From contig JAGBEX010000033.1 in the NCBI GenBank assembly GCA_017936765.1, positions 13,040-77,039 on the forward strand: DNA of 64,000 bases, read 5' to 3'. The position numbers and the translations under genes are program-made. This DNA comes from Clostridia bacterium. Lineage in GTDB: Bacteria; Bacillota; Clostridia; Christensenellales; Aristaeellaceae. The notes under the pieces are model-generated. The model worked only from the letters and a program-made list of their open reading frames with translations, was not told the origin of the DNA and made no database searches. Positions 53,819-62,209 of the stretch are shown here, one piece after another (within the stretch, counting starts at the first letter, position 1; every line of letters starts with the position of its first letter).

Positions 53819-55267
53819 TTATTTGCGCCAGATGGCCGGGTGGAACAGCGCCAGGATAGGGAAGATCTCCAGGCGGCCAGCCAGCATCAGGAGGCTGAGG
53901 ACCATCTTGGAGAAAGCACCATAGCCGGCGAAATTGCCGGAGGGTCCCACAAAGCCCAGGCCAGGGCCAACGTTGCTCACGCAGGTGAGGGCGGCGGTGA
54001 AGTTGGTCTCCACATCGTAGAGGCCCTCGAAGGAGACGAGCAATGCGCCGATCACCACCAGGGCAACATACACAAAGGCAAAAACGGCAATCTGCCGCAG
54101 GATGGGTTCCTCCACGGCCTTGCCCTCGAAACGAACCACCTGCACCTTGCGGGGCTGGAATACCCGTCGCACCTCGCGCAGGCTTTGCTTGCACATCATG
54201 CCCACGCGGCAGATCTTCATGCCGCCGGCGGTGGAGCCTGCGCAGGAGCCGATGAACATGGTGAAGAAGATCAGCATTCGCGCGGCAATGGGCCAGAGGT
54301 TGAAATCAGCTGTGGCATAGCCCGTGGTGGAAATGATGCTGGCGATCTGGAAGGATGAATAGCGCAGGGAGGTGAGAAAATCTCCTTCGTAGGTGGGGAG
54401 CATGATCAGGGTGACCAGCAGGGTTACGCCGAAGAAAATGCACAGGTACCAGCGAAGCTCCTCGTTGTTTTTTACATCGCGCCAGTCGCCGTGGATCAGC
54501 TTGTAGAACAGGGCGAAGTTGATGCCGAACAGCACCATGAAGAAGGTGATCACGGCATCGATGGTCGCGGAATCAAATGCACCCACGCTGGAGCCATAGT
54601 TGCTGAAGCCGCCGGTGCCAGCCGTACCCATGGCATGGATGGCGGCATCGTAGAGGTTCATGCCGCACAGCATCAGGATCACGATCATGATGAAGGTCAG
54701 CACGCCGTAGATCAGGTATAGCACCTTGGCGGTATCGCCCATGCGGGGGAGCAGCTTGCTCAGGGTGGGACCGGGGCTTTCGGCGCGAACCAGGTGGGAG
54801 GTGCGGCCACTCATCTTGGGCAGGATGGCCAGCGTCAGCACCAGCACGCCCATGCCGCCGACCCAATGGGTGAAGCTGCGCCAGAACATGGCGCCCCTGG
54901 GCTGACCAACGAACTGGCACAGGATGCTGGCGCCTGTGGTGGTGAAGCCGGACACAGCCTCGAATACCGCATCCACATAGTTGGGGATCATGCCGCTGAA
55001 GACAAAGGGCAGCGCGCCGAACATGGACATGAGCAGCCAGGCCAGTGGTACCACCAGAAAGCCTTCACGGGCGCGGAGGTCCAGCACCTTGGGCCGGGAA
55101 AGATAGCGCATGGGCAGGCCAAATGCCAGCAGCAGCCCCATGGTGTATACAAAGGAAAGGGCATCGCCATCGCCAAAGTACAGGGCGACAAAGAACGAGG
55201 GTAGCATGGCTGCGGCCTCGATCATCAGGATGGACCCCAGCAGGCGGATCACAAGTCGTCTGTTCAT
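53819..55267 (-). CDS. trkH: TrkH/KtrB-family potassium uptake membrane subunit
   Basis: A 482-aa protein with repeated M1-P-M2 units carrying selectivity-filter-like TTGAS/GTGGF/TTGYA/NVGPG motifs. It overlaps the trkA stop. Confidence 0.9.
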   Translation of the reverse strand: MNRRLVIRLLGSILMIEAAAMLPSFFVALYFGDGDALSFVYTMGLLLAFGLPMRYLSRPKVLDLRAREGFLVVPLAWLLMSMFGALPFVFSGMIPNYVDAVFEAVSGFTTTGASILCQFVGQPRGAMFWRSFTHWVGGMGVLVLTLAILPKMSGRTSHLVRAESPGPTLSKLLPRMGDTAKVLYLIYGVLTFIMIVILMLCGMNLYDAAIHAMGTAGTGGFSNYGSSVGAFDSATIDAVITFFMVLFGINFALFYKLIHGDWRDVKNNEELRWYLCIFFGVTLLVTLIMLPTYEGDFLTSLRYSSFQIASIISTTGYATADFNLWPIAARMLIFFTMFIGSCAGSTAGGMKICRVGMMCKQSLREVRRVFQPRKVQVVRFEGKAVEEPILRQIAVFAFVYVALVVIGALLVSFEGLYDVETNFTAALTCVSNVGPGLGFVGPSGNFAGYGAFSKMVLSLLMLAGRLEIFPILALFHPAIWRK

Positions 55268-56628
55268 CGGCGGATAACCTCGTTCAAATTGCTGATGCCG
55301 CTTTCGCAGGCCATGATGACCACGTGATCGCCATCTTCAATATGGTCGTTACCGAAGGGGACGATGACCTTGCTGCCCCGGACGATGACGGCCACCAGGG
55401 TATTGCGACGCACGTGGAGATCCTTCAGCGGGATGCCGATGTAGGGATCAGAGTCGCGGGCGATGAATTCCAGCGCCTCGGCCTTGCCGTCCATCAGACG
55501 GTAGAGGCGCTCCACGGAGGCACCGTCGCCATTGGCACGGGCGCGGACATAGCGCAGGATGCTGTTGCAGGTGATAGCGCGGGGAGACACCATGCTGTCC
55601 AGACCCAGGTCGGAAAGGATGTCCTCGTAGGCTACGCGGGTGTTCTTCACGATCACCTTCGGCACACCCTGACGGGCGGCGTAGAGGCCGGTCATGAGGT
55701 TTTCCTCGTCGCGGTCGCACAGGGCCACAAAGGCATCGAACTCCTGCAGACCCTCCTGCTCCAGCAGCTCCTGGTCGGTACCGTCGCCCAGGATCACGTC
55801 CACATTGGGGAGCATCTCGCTCAGGTCTGCGGCCTTTTCGGGGTCGATCTCGATGAGGGAAACATAGATGCCCATGGGGACGATCATCTTGGCCAGGTAG
55901 TAGCTGATGCGGCCGCCACCCAGCAGCAGCACCTTTTTGATGCGGATGGAGTTGCGGCCAAGAAAACGGAAATACTCGGTGATGGTGACCATTTCGCCTG
56001 CCACGTGGACACGGTCGCCGGGGCGGATGATGAAATCGCCATTGGGGATATACACTGCGCCCTCGCGCTCCACAGCGGCATACAGCACACGGGGAATGCC
56101 GGGCAGGTGGGAAGCCAGCTGGCGCAGCGGCCAGCCGACGATCTTGTCCTTTTCCTGGGCGCGGAACTCCACCATTTCCACATGACCCTTGGCGAAGGGT
56201 TCGATGTTGCTGGCAAAGGGGAAGCGCAGCAGGCGGCTGATCTCCATGGCGGTGGCACGCTCGGGGTTGATGGTCAGGTCGATGCCCAGCTCCCGCTGCA
56301 GGAGGGTGAGGCTCTCGTTATACTCGGGGTCGCGGATGCGGGCGATGGTATACTTGGCGCCCAGCCGCTTGGCGATGAGGCAGCAGAGCATATTGGTCTC
56401 ATCGCTGGTGGTGGCGGAAATAACGATGTCGGCGGTGGCCACATCGGCTTCAATCAGCGTTTTGGCATTGGCGCCATTGCCGCGGACGCACATTACGTCC
56501 AGCGTGTCCTCGCAATGCTGAAGGGTCTCATCATCGCGGTCGATCATCACTACATCGTGGCCTTCGGCGGTGAGGTTTTCGGCCAGCGTGTGGCCAACCT
56601 TGCCATCGCCCACAACAAGAATGCGCAT
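55264..56628 (-). CDS. trkA: Trk system NAD-binding subunit TrkA (two RCK units)
   Basis: MRILVVGDGKVG and a second LLLGGGRISY Rossmann motif. SD GGAGGT precedes ATG 56628 (Met34 of the listed ORF). Confidence 0.9.
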   Translation of the reverse strand: MRILVVGDGKVGHTLAENLTAEGHDVVMIDRDDETLQHCEDTLDVMCVRGNGANAKTLIEADVATADIVISATTSDETNMLCCLIAKRLGAKYTIARIRDPEYNESLTLLQRELGIDLTINPERATAMEISRLLRFPFASNIEPFAKGHVEMVEFRAQEKDKIVGWPLRQLASHLPGIPRVLYAAVEREGAVYIPNGDFIIRPGDRVHVAGEMVTITEYFRFLGRNSIRIKKVLLLGGGRISYYLAKMIVPMGIYVSLIEIDPEKAADLSEMLPNVDVILGDGTDQELLEQEGLQEFDAFVALCDRDEENLMTGLYAARQGVPKVIVKNTRVAYEDILSDLGLDSMVSPRAITCNSILRYVRARANGDGASVERLYRLMDGKAEALEFIARDSDPYIGIPLKDLHVRRNTLVAVIVRGSKVIVPFGNDHIEDGDHVVIMACESGISNLNEVIRR

Positions 56629-56783
56629 AGGGACTTTACCTCCATATGATATGGCATACAAGGATATCATACCACACCGCTGGCCAAAAGAAAACAGTTT
56701 CTGCGGAAAAGAGCCAAGTCGTAACATTTTCAGAAAGAACCGTTTGATTTCTGGTCAAAATGATTTTGGCGAAAGTGGCGGCG

Positions 56784-56812
56784 TTGACTTCCTCTGTCGC
56801 GTTTTGTATAAT
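56784..56812 (+). promoter_or_regulatory. Promoter TTGACT-17-TATAAT for uxuA
   Basis: TTGACT at 56784-56789 and TATAAT at 56807-56812. Confidence 0.55.
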
Positions 56813-56882
56813 ACACCATAGGGAAGCCTGTGAATTTGCAGGCTTTGATGATATGAAAAAACGCTTTGGAGGTTGCATCCAA

Positions 56883-57962
56883 ATGAAAATGACTTTCCGC
56901 TGGTATGGCAAGGAATCCGATCCGATCCCGCTGAAGTATGTGAAGCAGATCCCCGGCATGTCCGGCCTGATGGGTCTGCTGGACAAGCCCGCCGGTGTGG
57001 ACTGGCCTGAGGAAGAGGTCAAGGAGCTGGTGGACTATGTGCATTCCTGCGGCCTGGAGCTTGAAGTGATCGAGAGCGTGAACGTTCACGAGGACATCAA
57101 GATGGGCCTGCCCACCCGCGATGAATACATCAAGAACTACTGCTCCACCATCCGCACCCTGGCCAAGTACGGCGTGAAGGTCATTGTGTACAACTTCATG
57201 CCCGTGTTCGACTGGCTGCGCACCGACCTGGCCCGCGTCATTGAAGAGGACGGCTCCAACAGCCTGTACTTCAACGAGGAAGACCTGGGCGAAATGGGCC
57301 CCATGGAGATCGTGCGCCGCACTGCCGAGGACTCCAAGGGCTTCACCCTGCCCGGCTGGGAGCCTGAGCGCCTGGCCCTGCTGGAAACGACCCTGAAGCA
57401 GTATGAGGGCATCACCCCCGATATGCTCCGCGAGAACTACAAGTACTTCCTGGATCGCGTGATCCCCGTTTGCGAGGAAGTGGGCGTGAAGATGGCCTGC
57501 CATCCCGACGATCCCGCCTGGCCCATTTTCGGCCTGCCCCGCATTGCCCACAGCCAGGAGGACTACGACAAGATCGTGAAGCTGCACGACAGCCCCGCCA
57601 ACACCCTGTGCCTGTGCACCGGCTCCCTGGGTTCCAACCCGGAGAACGACATCCCCTCCATCATCCGTCACTTTGGCGAGATGAACCGCATCGGCGCCAT
57701 GCACGTGCGCAACGTGAAGTACCTGGGCCACCGCCACTTCCGCGAGGCGGCTCACCTGTCCTCCACCGGCGACCTGGATATGTTCGCCATCATGGAGGCC
57801 ATCTATGATACATGCCCCGATACCTACATCCGCCCGGACCATGGCCGCATGATCTGGGACGAGGAAGGCCGTCCCGGCTATGGCCTGTTCGACCGCGCCC
57901 TGGGTGCCACCTACCTGAACGGTATCTGGGAAGCGCTGTGCAAGACCCGCGGCCAGAAGTAA
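56883..57962 (+). CDS. uxuA: Mannonate dehydratase
   Basis: [26 protein letters not shown]-terminus and typical UxuA blocks ([14 protein letters not shown]). ATG 56883 follows SD GGAGGT. Confidence 0.9.
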   Translation: MKMTFRWYGKESDPIPLKYVKQIPGMSGLMGLLDKPAGVDWPEEEVKELVDYVHSCGLELEVIESVNVHEDIKMGLPTRDEYIKNYCSTIRTLAKYGVKVIVYNFMPVFDWLRTDLARVIEEDGSNSLYFNEEDLGEMGPMEIVRRTAEDSKGFTLPGWEPERLALLETTLKQYEGITPDMLRENYKYFLDRVIPVCEEVGVKMACHPDDPAWPIFGLPRIAHSQEDYDKIVKLHDSPANTLCLCTGSLGSNPENDIPSIIRHFGEMNRIGAMHVRNVKYLGHRHFREAAHLSSTGDLDMFAIMEAIYDTCPDTYIRPDHGRMIWDEEGRPGYGLFDRALGATYLNGIWEALCKTRGQK

Positions 57963-57964
57963 GC

Positions 57965-58050
57965 CGAGGCAGAGGGCGTTGCCCTCTGCACACCCGCCAA
58001 GGGCGCTGCCCTTGGATCCCGCCAAAGGGTCTTCGACCCTCTGGACTCCC
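57965..58050. repeat. Mosaic hairpin-module repeat, copy E (short, inverted)
   Basis: Hairpins gcagaggg-cgtt-gccctctgc, ccaaggg-cgct-gcccttgg and ccaaaggg-tcttcga-ccctctgg. 58022-58049 is the reverse complement of 16534-16561 and 43391-43418. Confidence 0.8.
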
Positions 58051-58124
58051 GTTCCGCGATGGACAGGCTGCTTTGATCGACTGTGCGCGCGTGATGGGGG
58101 ACTACATTCAAGGAGTGTTTTGAT

Positions 58125-59738
58125 ATGAAATTGTCCTATGTGGGGCTGCAAGATAAGGCTGCTTTCGAGGCGGCTGGTATTGTTCTGCCGAAATACGACT
58201 GGAAGCAGATGGCCGAGTACACCGAGGAGCATCCCGTGTGGGTGCATTTCGGTGCCGGTAACATCTTCCGCGGCTTCATCGCCGGACTGCAGCAGCGCCT
58301 GCTGAATAATGGCATGGCTCGCAGCGGCATCATCGCAGCGGAGACCTTCGACTATGACATCATCGAGAAGATCTATGAGCCTCACGACTCCATGACCCTC
58401 ATGGTGGCGCTGAAGCCCGACGGCAGCACCGACAAGGAGATCATTGCCTCCATTGCCAAGGGCGTGCCTGCCAACTCCGCCAACGCCGACAAGTGGAACC
58501 AGCTGAAGAAGTGCTTCGAGAGCGCTGAACTGCAGATGGCTTCCTTCACCATTACCGAGAAGGGCTACGCCCTCACCAACATCAAGGGCGAAATGATGCC
58601 CGTGGTGCTGGCCGAAATCGAGGAAGGCCCCGAAAAGGCTCGCCATGCCATGAGCTGCGTGGCTGCCATGCTGTGGGCGCGTTTCCAGGCGGGCGCTGCC
58701 CCCATCGCCATGGTGAGCATGGACAACTGCTCCCACAATGGCGAAAAGCTCCGCTCCTCCGTGCTGACCATCGCCAAGGGCTGGGCTGAGAAGGGCTTCG
58801 TCACGGCTGATTTCGTGGCCTGGGTGGAGGACGAGACCAAGGTCTCCTTCCCCTGGAGCATGATCGACAAGATCACCCCCCGTCCTGCGGAAGTGATCGA
58901 GAAGCAGCTCAACGAGGCTGGTGTGGAGGACATGGCTCCCGTCATCACCAGCAAGAACACCTACATTGCGCCCTTTGTGAATGCTGAGATCCCCCAGTAC
59001 CTGGTGGTGGAGGATCGCTTCCCCAATGGCCGTCCCGCCCTGGAGAAGGCTGGTGTGTACATGACCACCCGCGACATTGTGAACATGACCGAGCGCATGA
59101 AGGTCACCACCTGCCTGAACCCCCTGCACACCGCCCTGGCTGTGTATGGCTGCCTGCTGGGCTATGAGTCCATCGCCGCCGAAATGAAGGACGAGCAGCT
59201 GGTGAAGCTGGTCAAGACCATCGGCTATGTGGAAGGCCTGCCTGTGGTGACCGACCCCGGCATCATCAGCCCCAAGGCTTTCATCGACGAAGTGGTGGAG
59301 CAGCGCCTGCCCAACCCCTTCATCCCCGATACTCCCCAGCGTATCGCCACCGATACCTCCCAGAAGATCGCCATCCGCTTTGGTGAGACCATCAAGAGCT
59401 ACATGGCCGATCCCAAGAAGGATCCCGCCAGCCTGAATGCCATTCCGCTGGTGCTGGCCGGCTGGCTGCGCTACCTGAAGGCTGTGGACGACGAGGGCAA
59501 GGAGATGACCTGCTCCTCCGATCCCATGCTGGCGCAGATGCAAGCCGACCTGGCCGACGTGAAGGTGGGCGAACCGGAATCCGTGAAGGGCAAGCTGCAG
59601 GGCATCCTGTCCAACCCCGTGATCTTCGGCGTGAACCTCTACGAGGCCGGTCTGGCCGAGAAGGTGGAGGCGCTGCTGGCCGAAGAACTGGCTGGCGTGG
59701 GCGCTGTGCGTGCCACCCTGAAGAAATACCTTGGCTAA
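58125..59738 (+). CDS. Mannitol dehydrogenase-family oxidoreductase (fructuronate/tagaturonate reductase, UxuB-like)
   Basis: VHFGAGNIFRGFIA dinucleotide motif, 537 aa, adjacent to uxuA. Confidence 0.8.
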   Translation: MKLSYVGLQDKAAFEAAGIVLPKYDWKQMAEYTEEHPVWVHFGAGNIFRGFIAGLQQRLLNNGMARSGIIAAETFDYDIIEKIYEPHDSMTLMVALKPDGSTDKEIIASIAKGVPANSANADKWNQLKKCFESAELQMASFTITEKGYALTNIKGEMMPVVLAEIEEGPEKARHAMSCVAAMLWARFQAGAAPIAMVSMDNCSHNGEKLRSSVLTIAKGWAEKGFVTADFVAWVEDETKVSFPWSMIDKITPRPAEVIEKQLNEAGVEDMAPVITSKNTYIAPFVNAEIPQYLVVEDRFPNGRPALEKAGVYMTTRDIVNMTERMKVTTCLNPLHTALAVYGCLLGYESIAAEMKDEQLVKLVKTIGYVEGLPVVTDPGIISPKAFIDEVVEQRLPNPFIPDTPQRIATDTSQKIAIRFGETIKSYMADPKKDPASLNAIPLVLAGWLRYLKAVDDEGKEMTCSSDPMLAQMQADLADVKVGEPESVKGKLQGILSNPVIFGVNLYEAGLAEKVEALLAEELAGVGAVRATLKKYLG

Positions 59739-59771
59739 AAAATCGCCGTCCGAAAGGACGGCGATTTTTTT
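59739..59771 (+). terminator. Rho-independent terminator after the uxuB-like gene
   Basis: aaaaatcgccgtcc-gaaa-ggacggcgattttttt. Confidence 0.85.
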
Positions 59772-59773
59772 GT

Positions 59774-59817
59774 GAATTCGGAATTAGGAATGCGGAATTC
59801 GGAATTGAGAGTGTGAC
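59774..59817 (+). repeat. Head-only copy F of the repeat family (heptamer array + cap)
   Basis: gaattcg/gaattag/gaatgcg/gaattcg/gaattga (59774-59808) plus gagtgtgac. It starts 2 nt after the terminator T-run. Confidence 0.8.
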
Positions 59818-59825
59818 TCTTTGGG

Positions 59826-59855
59826 TTGACGGAAGCTGGTTTTTGGTAGTATAAT
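59826..59855 (+). promoter_or_regulatory. Promoter TTGACG-18-TATAAT for the leader/GNAT unit
   Basis: TTGACG at 59826-59831 and TATAAT at 59850-59855. Confidence 0.5.
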
Positions 59856-59884
59856 CGAACTAAGATATGAAGGAGGTGAGCGGT

Positions 59885-59941
59885 ATGGTTGTTGGTTTCA
59901 TCCGGAAGGGAGCGATCTGCCGTTCACGGGAGGCTGCATAA
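59885..59941 (+). CDS. Candidate 18-codon leader peptide MVVGFIRKGAICRSREAA
   Basis: Strong SD AAGGAGGTGA (59869-59878) lies about 7 nt before ATG 59885. An intrinsic terminator follows before the GNAT gene. I have no homology evidence. Confidence 0.3.
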   Translation: MVVGFIRKGAICRSREAA

Positions 59942-59973
59942 GGCAGCACGGCCTTTTGTGTCGGAAGAAATTC

Positions 59974-60006
59974 AGTATGCTCTTTTGCCGGAGCATACTT
60001 TTTTGT
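59974..60006 (+). terminator. Intrinsic terminator / attenuator between the leader sORF and the GNAT gene
   Basis: agtatgctc-ttttgccg-gagcatact followed by tttttt, 22 nt before ATG 60028. Confidence 0.7.
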
Positions 60007-60027
60007 TGCCGCAAAAGGAGATAACAT

Positions 60028-60465
60028 ATGGATAAGCTTATCAGAGCGTACAACGATCAGGCATTTCAGACGGCGTTCCGGGCGTATTTTGTGGAGATGG
60101 GCATACAGGTGAGCAACTGGGAGGGCTTGTTTGCCGGGATGACGGATGAGGGCGTGGCCACCATCCTGCGGGAGGACGAAAGCGGGCAGGTGGTCGGTTT
60201 CATCATGTTTAGTAGGATCGAAATGACCAGCTGGTTCTTTGAGGATCGGTATGGGTTCATCCAGGAGTTCTGGGTGACGCCGGAGCTGCGTAATCGCGGC
60301 ATCGGTGCTGAATTGTTAGCGCAGGCGGAGGCCTTCTTTGCACGGCAGGGTATCCACAAGATGATCCTGACCAGCGACACGGCGGAAAAGTTCTACCTCA
60401 AGCACGGCTACCGCAGGGATGAGGGCATTGTGGCGAAAAACAAGGCTCCGGTGTATGTAAAGTAA
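60028..60465 (+). CDS. Small GNAT family N-acetyltransferase (145 aa)
   Basis: GNAT motif A region FWVTPELRNRGIGAELLAQAEAFFARQG. SD AAAAGGAG precedes ATG 60028. Confidence 0.8.
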   Translation: MDKLIRAYNDQAFQTAFRAYFVEMGIQVSNWEGLFAGMTDEGVATILREDESGQVVGFIMFSRIEMTSWFFEDRYGFIQEFWVTPELRNRGIGAELLAQAEAFFARQGIHKMILTSDTAEKFYLKHGYRRDEGIVAKNKAPVYVK

Positions 60466-60506
60466 TTCCGAATTCCGAATTACGCATTCCGAATTCTAAC
60501 AAAAAA
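60464..60506 (-). repeat. Head-only copy G of the repeat family, inverted relative to copy F
   Basis: aattccg/aattccg/aattacg/cattccg/aattcta (60464-60498) plus acaaaaaa. Its reverse complement reads ttttttgt-tagaatt-cggaatg-cgtaatt-cggaatt-cggaatt. It overlaps the GNAT stop codon. Confidence 0.8.
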
Positions 60507-60603
60507 GAAGTGACCTTCAGGGCGTCACTAATAAGACAGGTTTAGGAGAAGTTTTGAGTACAAGGTAGAACCTGCCATACAGGATTGCTATTGCTACATT
60601 CGT

Positions 60604-60654
60604 GAGCAGGTGGTATCTCCGACAATGTTGGATATACCACCTGCTCTTTTATTT
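60604..60654 (+). terminator. Orphan strong hairpin terminator inside the low-GC islet
   Basis: A perfect 13-bp stem, gagcaggtggtat (60604-60616) / ataccacctgctc (60634-60646), followed by ttttattt. No intact gene lies upstream. Confidence 0.5.
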
Positions 60655-60841
60655 GTCCCATTGAAGCAAGTATTTTCCAAAGACAAGTTTCCTGCTCGCT
60701 GATACAGGGTTGCATTATGCAAATATCCGATCTGCAAGAAAGCGTTTCGCAAGTCATCGCATTCGCACCGCAAGTACAGATATTGTAGTTACCCTGGTAA
60801 AATGAAATAATTTACATTATGAGAAGTTTGCCGACGGCAGC

Positions 60842-62209
60842 GTGAAATGCATTGAGGATGAGATTCCGTTTGACCTGCCGGATGGTTGGGCATGGATGAG
60901 ATTAGCTTCTTTGATCGAGATGTTTATCACTGGCCCATTTGGCAGCGCATTGCACAAATCTGATTATGTTGCAGATGGAATCCCGCTGATCAATCCAATG
61001 AATATAATTGAGGGGAAAATTGTTCCCATTGATAAAATGCAGGTTTCGCGTGAAACGGTTGAACGGCTTTCTACATTCAAAGTTACTTCAAGTGATATCG
61101 TGATTGCACGAAGAGGAGATATGGGAAGGTGCGCAGTTGTTCAACCCGAGCAGGAAGGGTGGTTGTGTGGAACAGGTAGCTTTGTCCTGCGTTTTCCAAT
61201 TGTTCTGTGTTCTGAATATATCGCAGTCTGTCTGCGTTCTCCTTACTCAGTCGAATATCTGTCTGGCAACTCAATCGGGAACACGATGTTGAATCTCAAC
61301 CAGGCGATTCTTAAAAGCATATTGCTGCCTGTACCGCCCTGTACTGAGCAAAAACGTATTATCAACGCTGTTTTTGTTGCCAACGAACATCTTGCAGAGA
61401 TCAGTAATCAGAGTGAAGCGTTAGTAGCGTGTGTAGCAAAGACAAAAGCTAAGATTCTCGACCTCGCCATCCGTGGCCAGCTTGTCCCACAAGACCCAAC
61501 CGACGAGCCTGCCTCTGTCCTTCTGGAACGCATCAGAGCAGAGAAAGAAGAACTTATCAAGCAGGGCAAAATCAAACGGGATAAGAAGGAATCCGTCATC
61601 TTCCGTGGTGAGGATAACTCTTATTATGAGAAGATTGGGGATTATGTGCGTTGCATTGACAGTGAGTTGCCGTTCGAATTGCCTGATTCATGGATGTTTG
61701 TTAGATTAAAGCACATTGGCGAAGTTGTTGGCGGCGGAACTCCCAAAACCAATATCAGTGAATATTGGGACGGAAATATTCCGTGGCTGACGCCTGCTGA
61801 TTTTAGTGGTTACGAAGAAATGTATGTTTCTTCCGGTGCCAGAACCATCACAGAAATTGGCCTAAAATCGTCCTCTGCTCAAATGTTGCCAGCCAATTCG
61901 GTGCTATATTCGAGCCGTGCACCAATAGGCTATATTGCAATTGCAGCAAACCCTGTTTCTACAAACCAAGGCTTTAAATCCGTAGTACCCTACGATTTTT
62001 CTATGAGTCCGTATTTGTATTACTGCCTTAAAGCCAGAACAGACGATATCATTCAGAGGGCAACTGGTACAACATTCAAAGAAATCTCAGGTTCTGAAAT
62101 GGCAGAAACAATTATCCCGTTGCCACCCTTCACAGAACAAAAGCGGCTTGTTGCGAAGGCAACTCAACTGCTCAATGTCATTGCTACGATAGAAAAGAGC
62201 CTCAGTTGA
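60842..62209 (+). CDS. hsdS: Type I restriction-modification specificity subunit HsdS (two TRDs); solitary, start and end atypical, possibly a silent cassette or pseudogene
   Basis: Duplicated architecture. Block VKCIEDEIPFDLPDGWAWMRL precedes TRD1, which ends LPVPPCTEQKRI. A long coiled linker follows (DLAIRGQLVPQDPTDEPASVLLERIRAEKEELIKQGKIKRDKKE). Then VRCIDSELPFELPDSWMFVRL precedes TRD2, which ends IPLPPFTEQKRLV. There is no SD and the start is GTG only. Confidence 0.75.
   Translation: MKCIEDEIPFDLPDGWAWMRLASLIEMFITGPFGSALHKSDYVADGIPLINPMNIIEGKIVPIDKMQVSRETVERLSTFKVTSSDIVIARRGDMGRCAVVQPEQEGWLCGTGSFVLRFPIVLCSEYIAVCLRSPYSVEYLSGNSIGNTMLNLNQAILKSILLPVPPCTEQKRIINAVFVANEHLAEISNQSEALVACVAKTKAKILDLAIRGQLVPQDPTDEPASVLLERIRAEKEELIKQGKIKRDKKESVIFRGEDNSYYEKIGDYVRCIDSELPFELPDSWMFVRLKHIGEVVGGGTPKTNISEYWDGNIPWLTPADFSGYEEMYVSSGARTITEIGLKSSSAQMLPANSVLYSSRAPIGYIAIAANPVSTNQGFKSVVPYDFSMSPYLYYCLKARTDDIIQRATGTTFKEISGSEMAETIIPLPPFTEQKRLVAKATQLLNVIATIEKSLS

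Noticed and set aside
56730-59543. 937-aa minus-strand ORF
   Set aside because: It is antisense to uxuA, repeat copy E and the uxuB-like gene.
59894-59902. ggtttcatc shared by the leader sORF and the GNAT body (VVGFI in both) as evidence of a regulatory pairing or duplication
   Set aside because: It is only 9 nt and in direct (not complementary) orientation, which is within chance expectation. It is mentioned only as a curiosity.
60542-60757. 71-aa minus-strand ORF with periodic cysteines (C3, C8, C13, C18, C25); RiPP/SCIFF-like precursor?
   Set aside because: It has no SD and no radical-SAM or other maturase nearby. The frame runs straight through the strong plus-strand terminator hairpin (60604-60646) and lies in gene debris of the islet. 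It is most likely a chance ORF.
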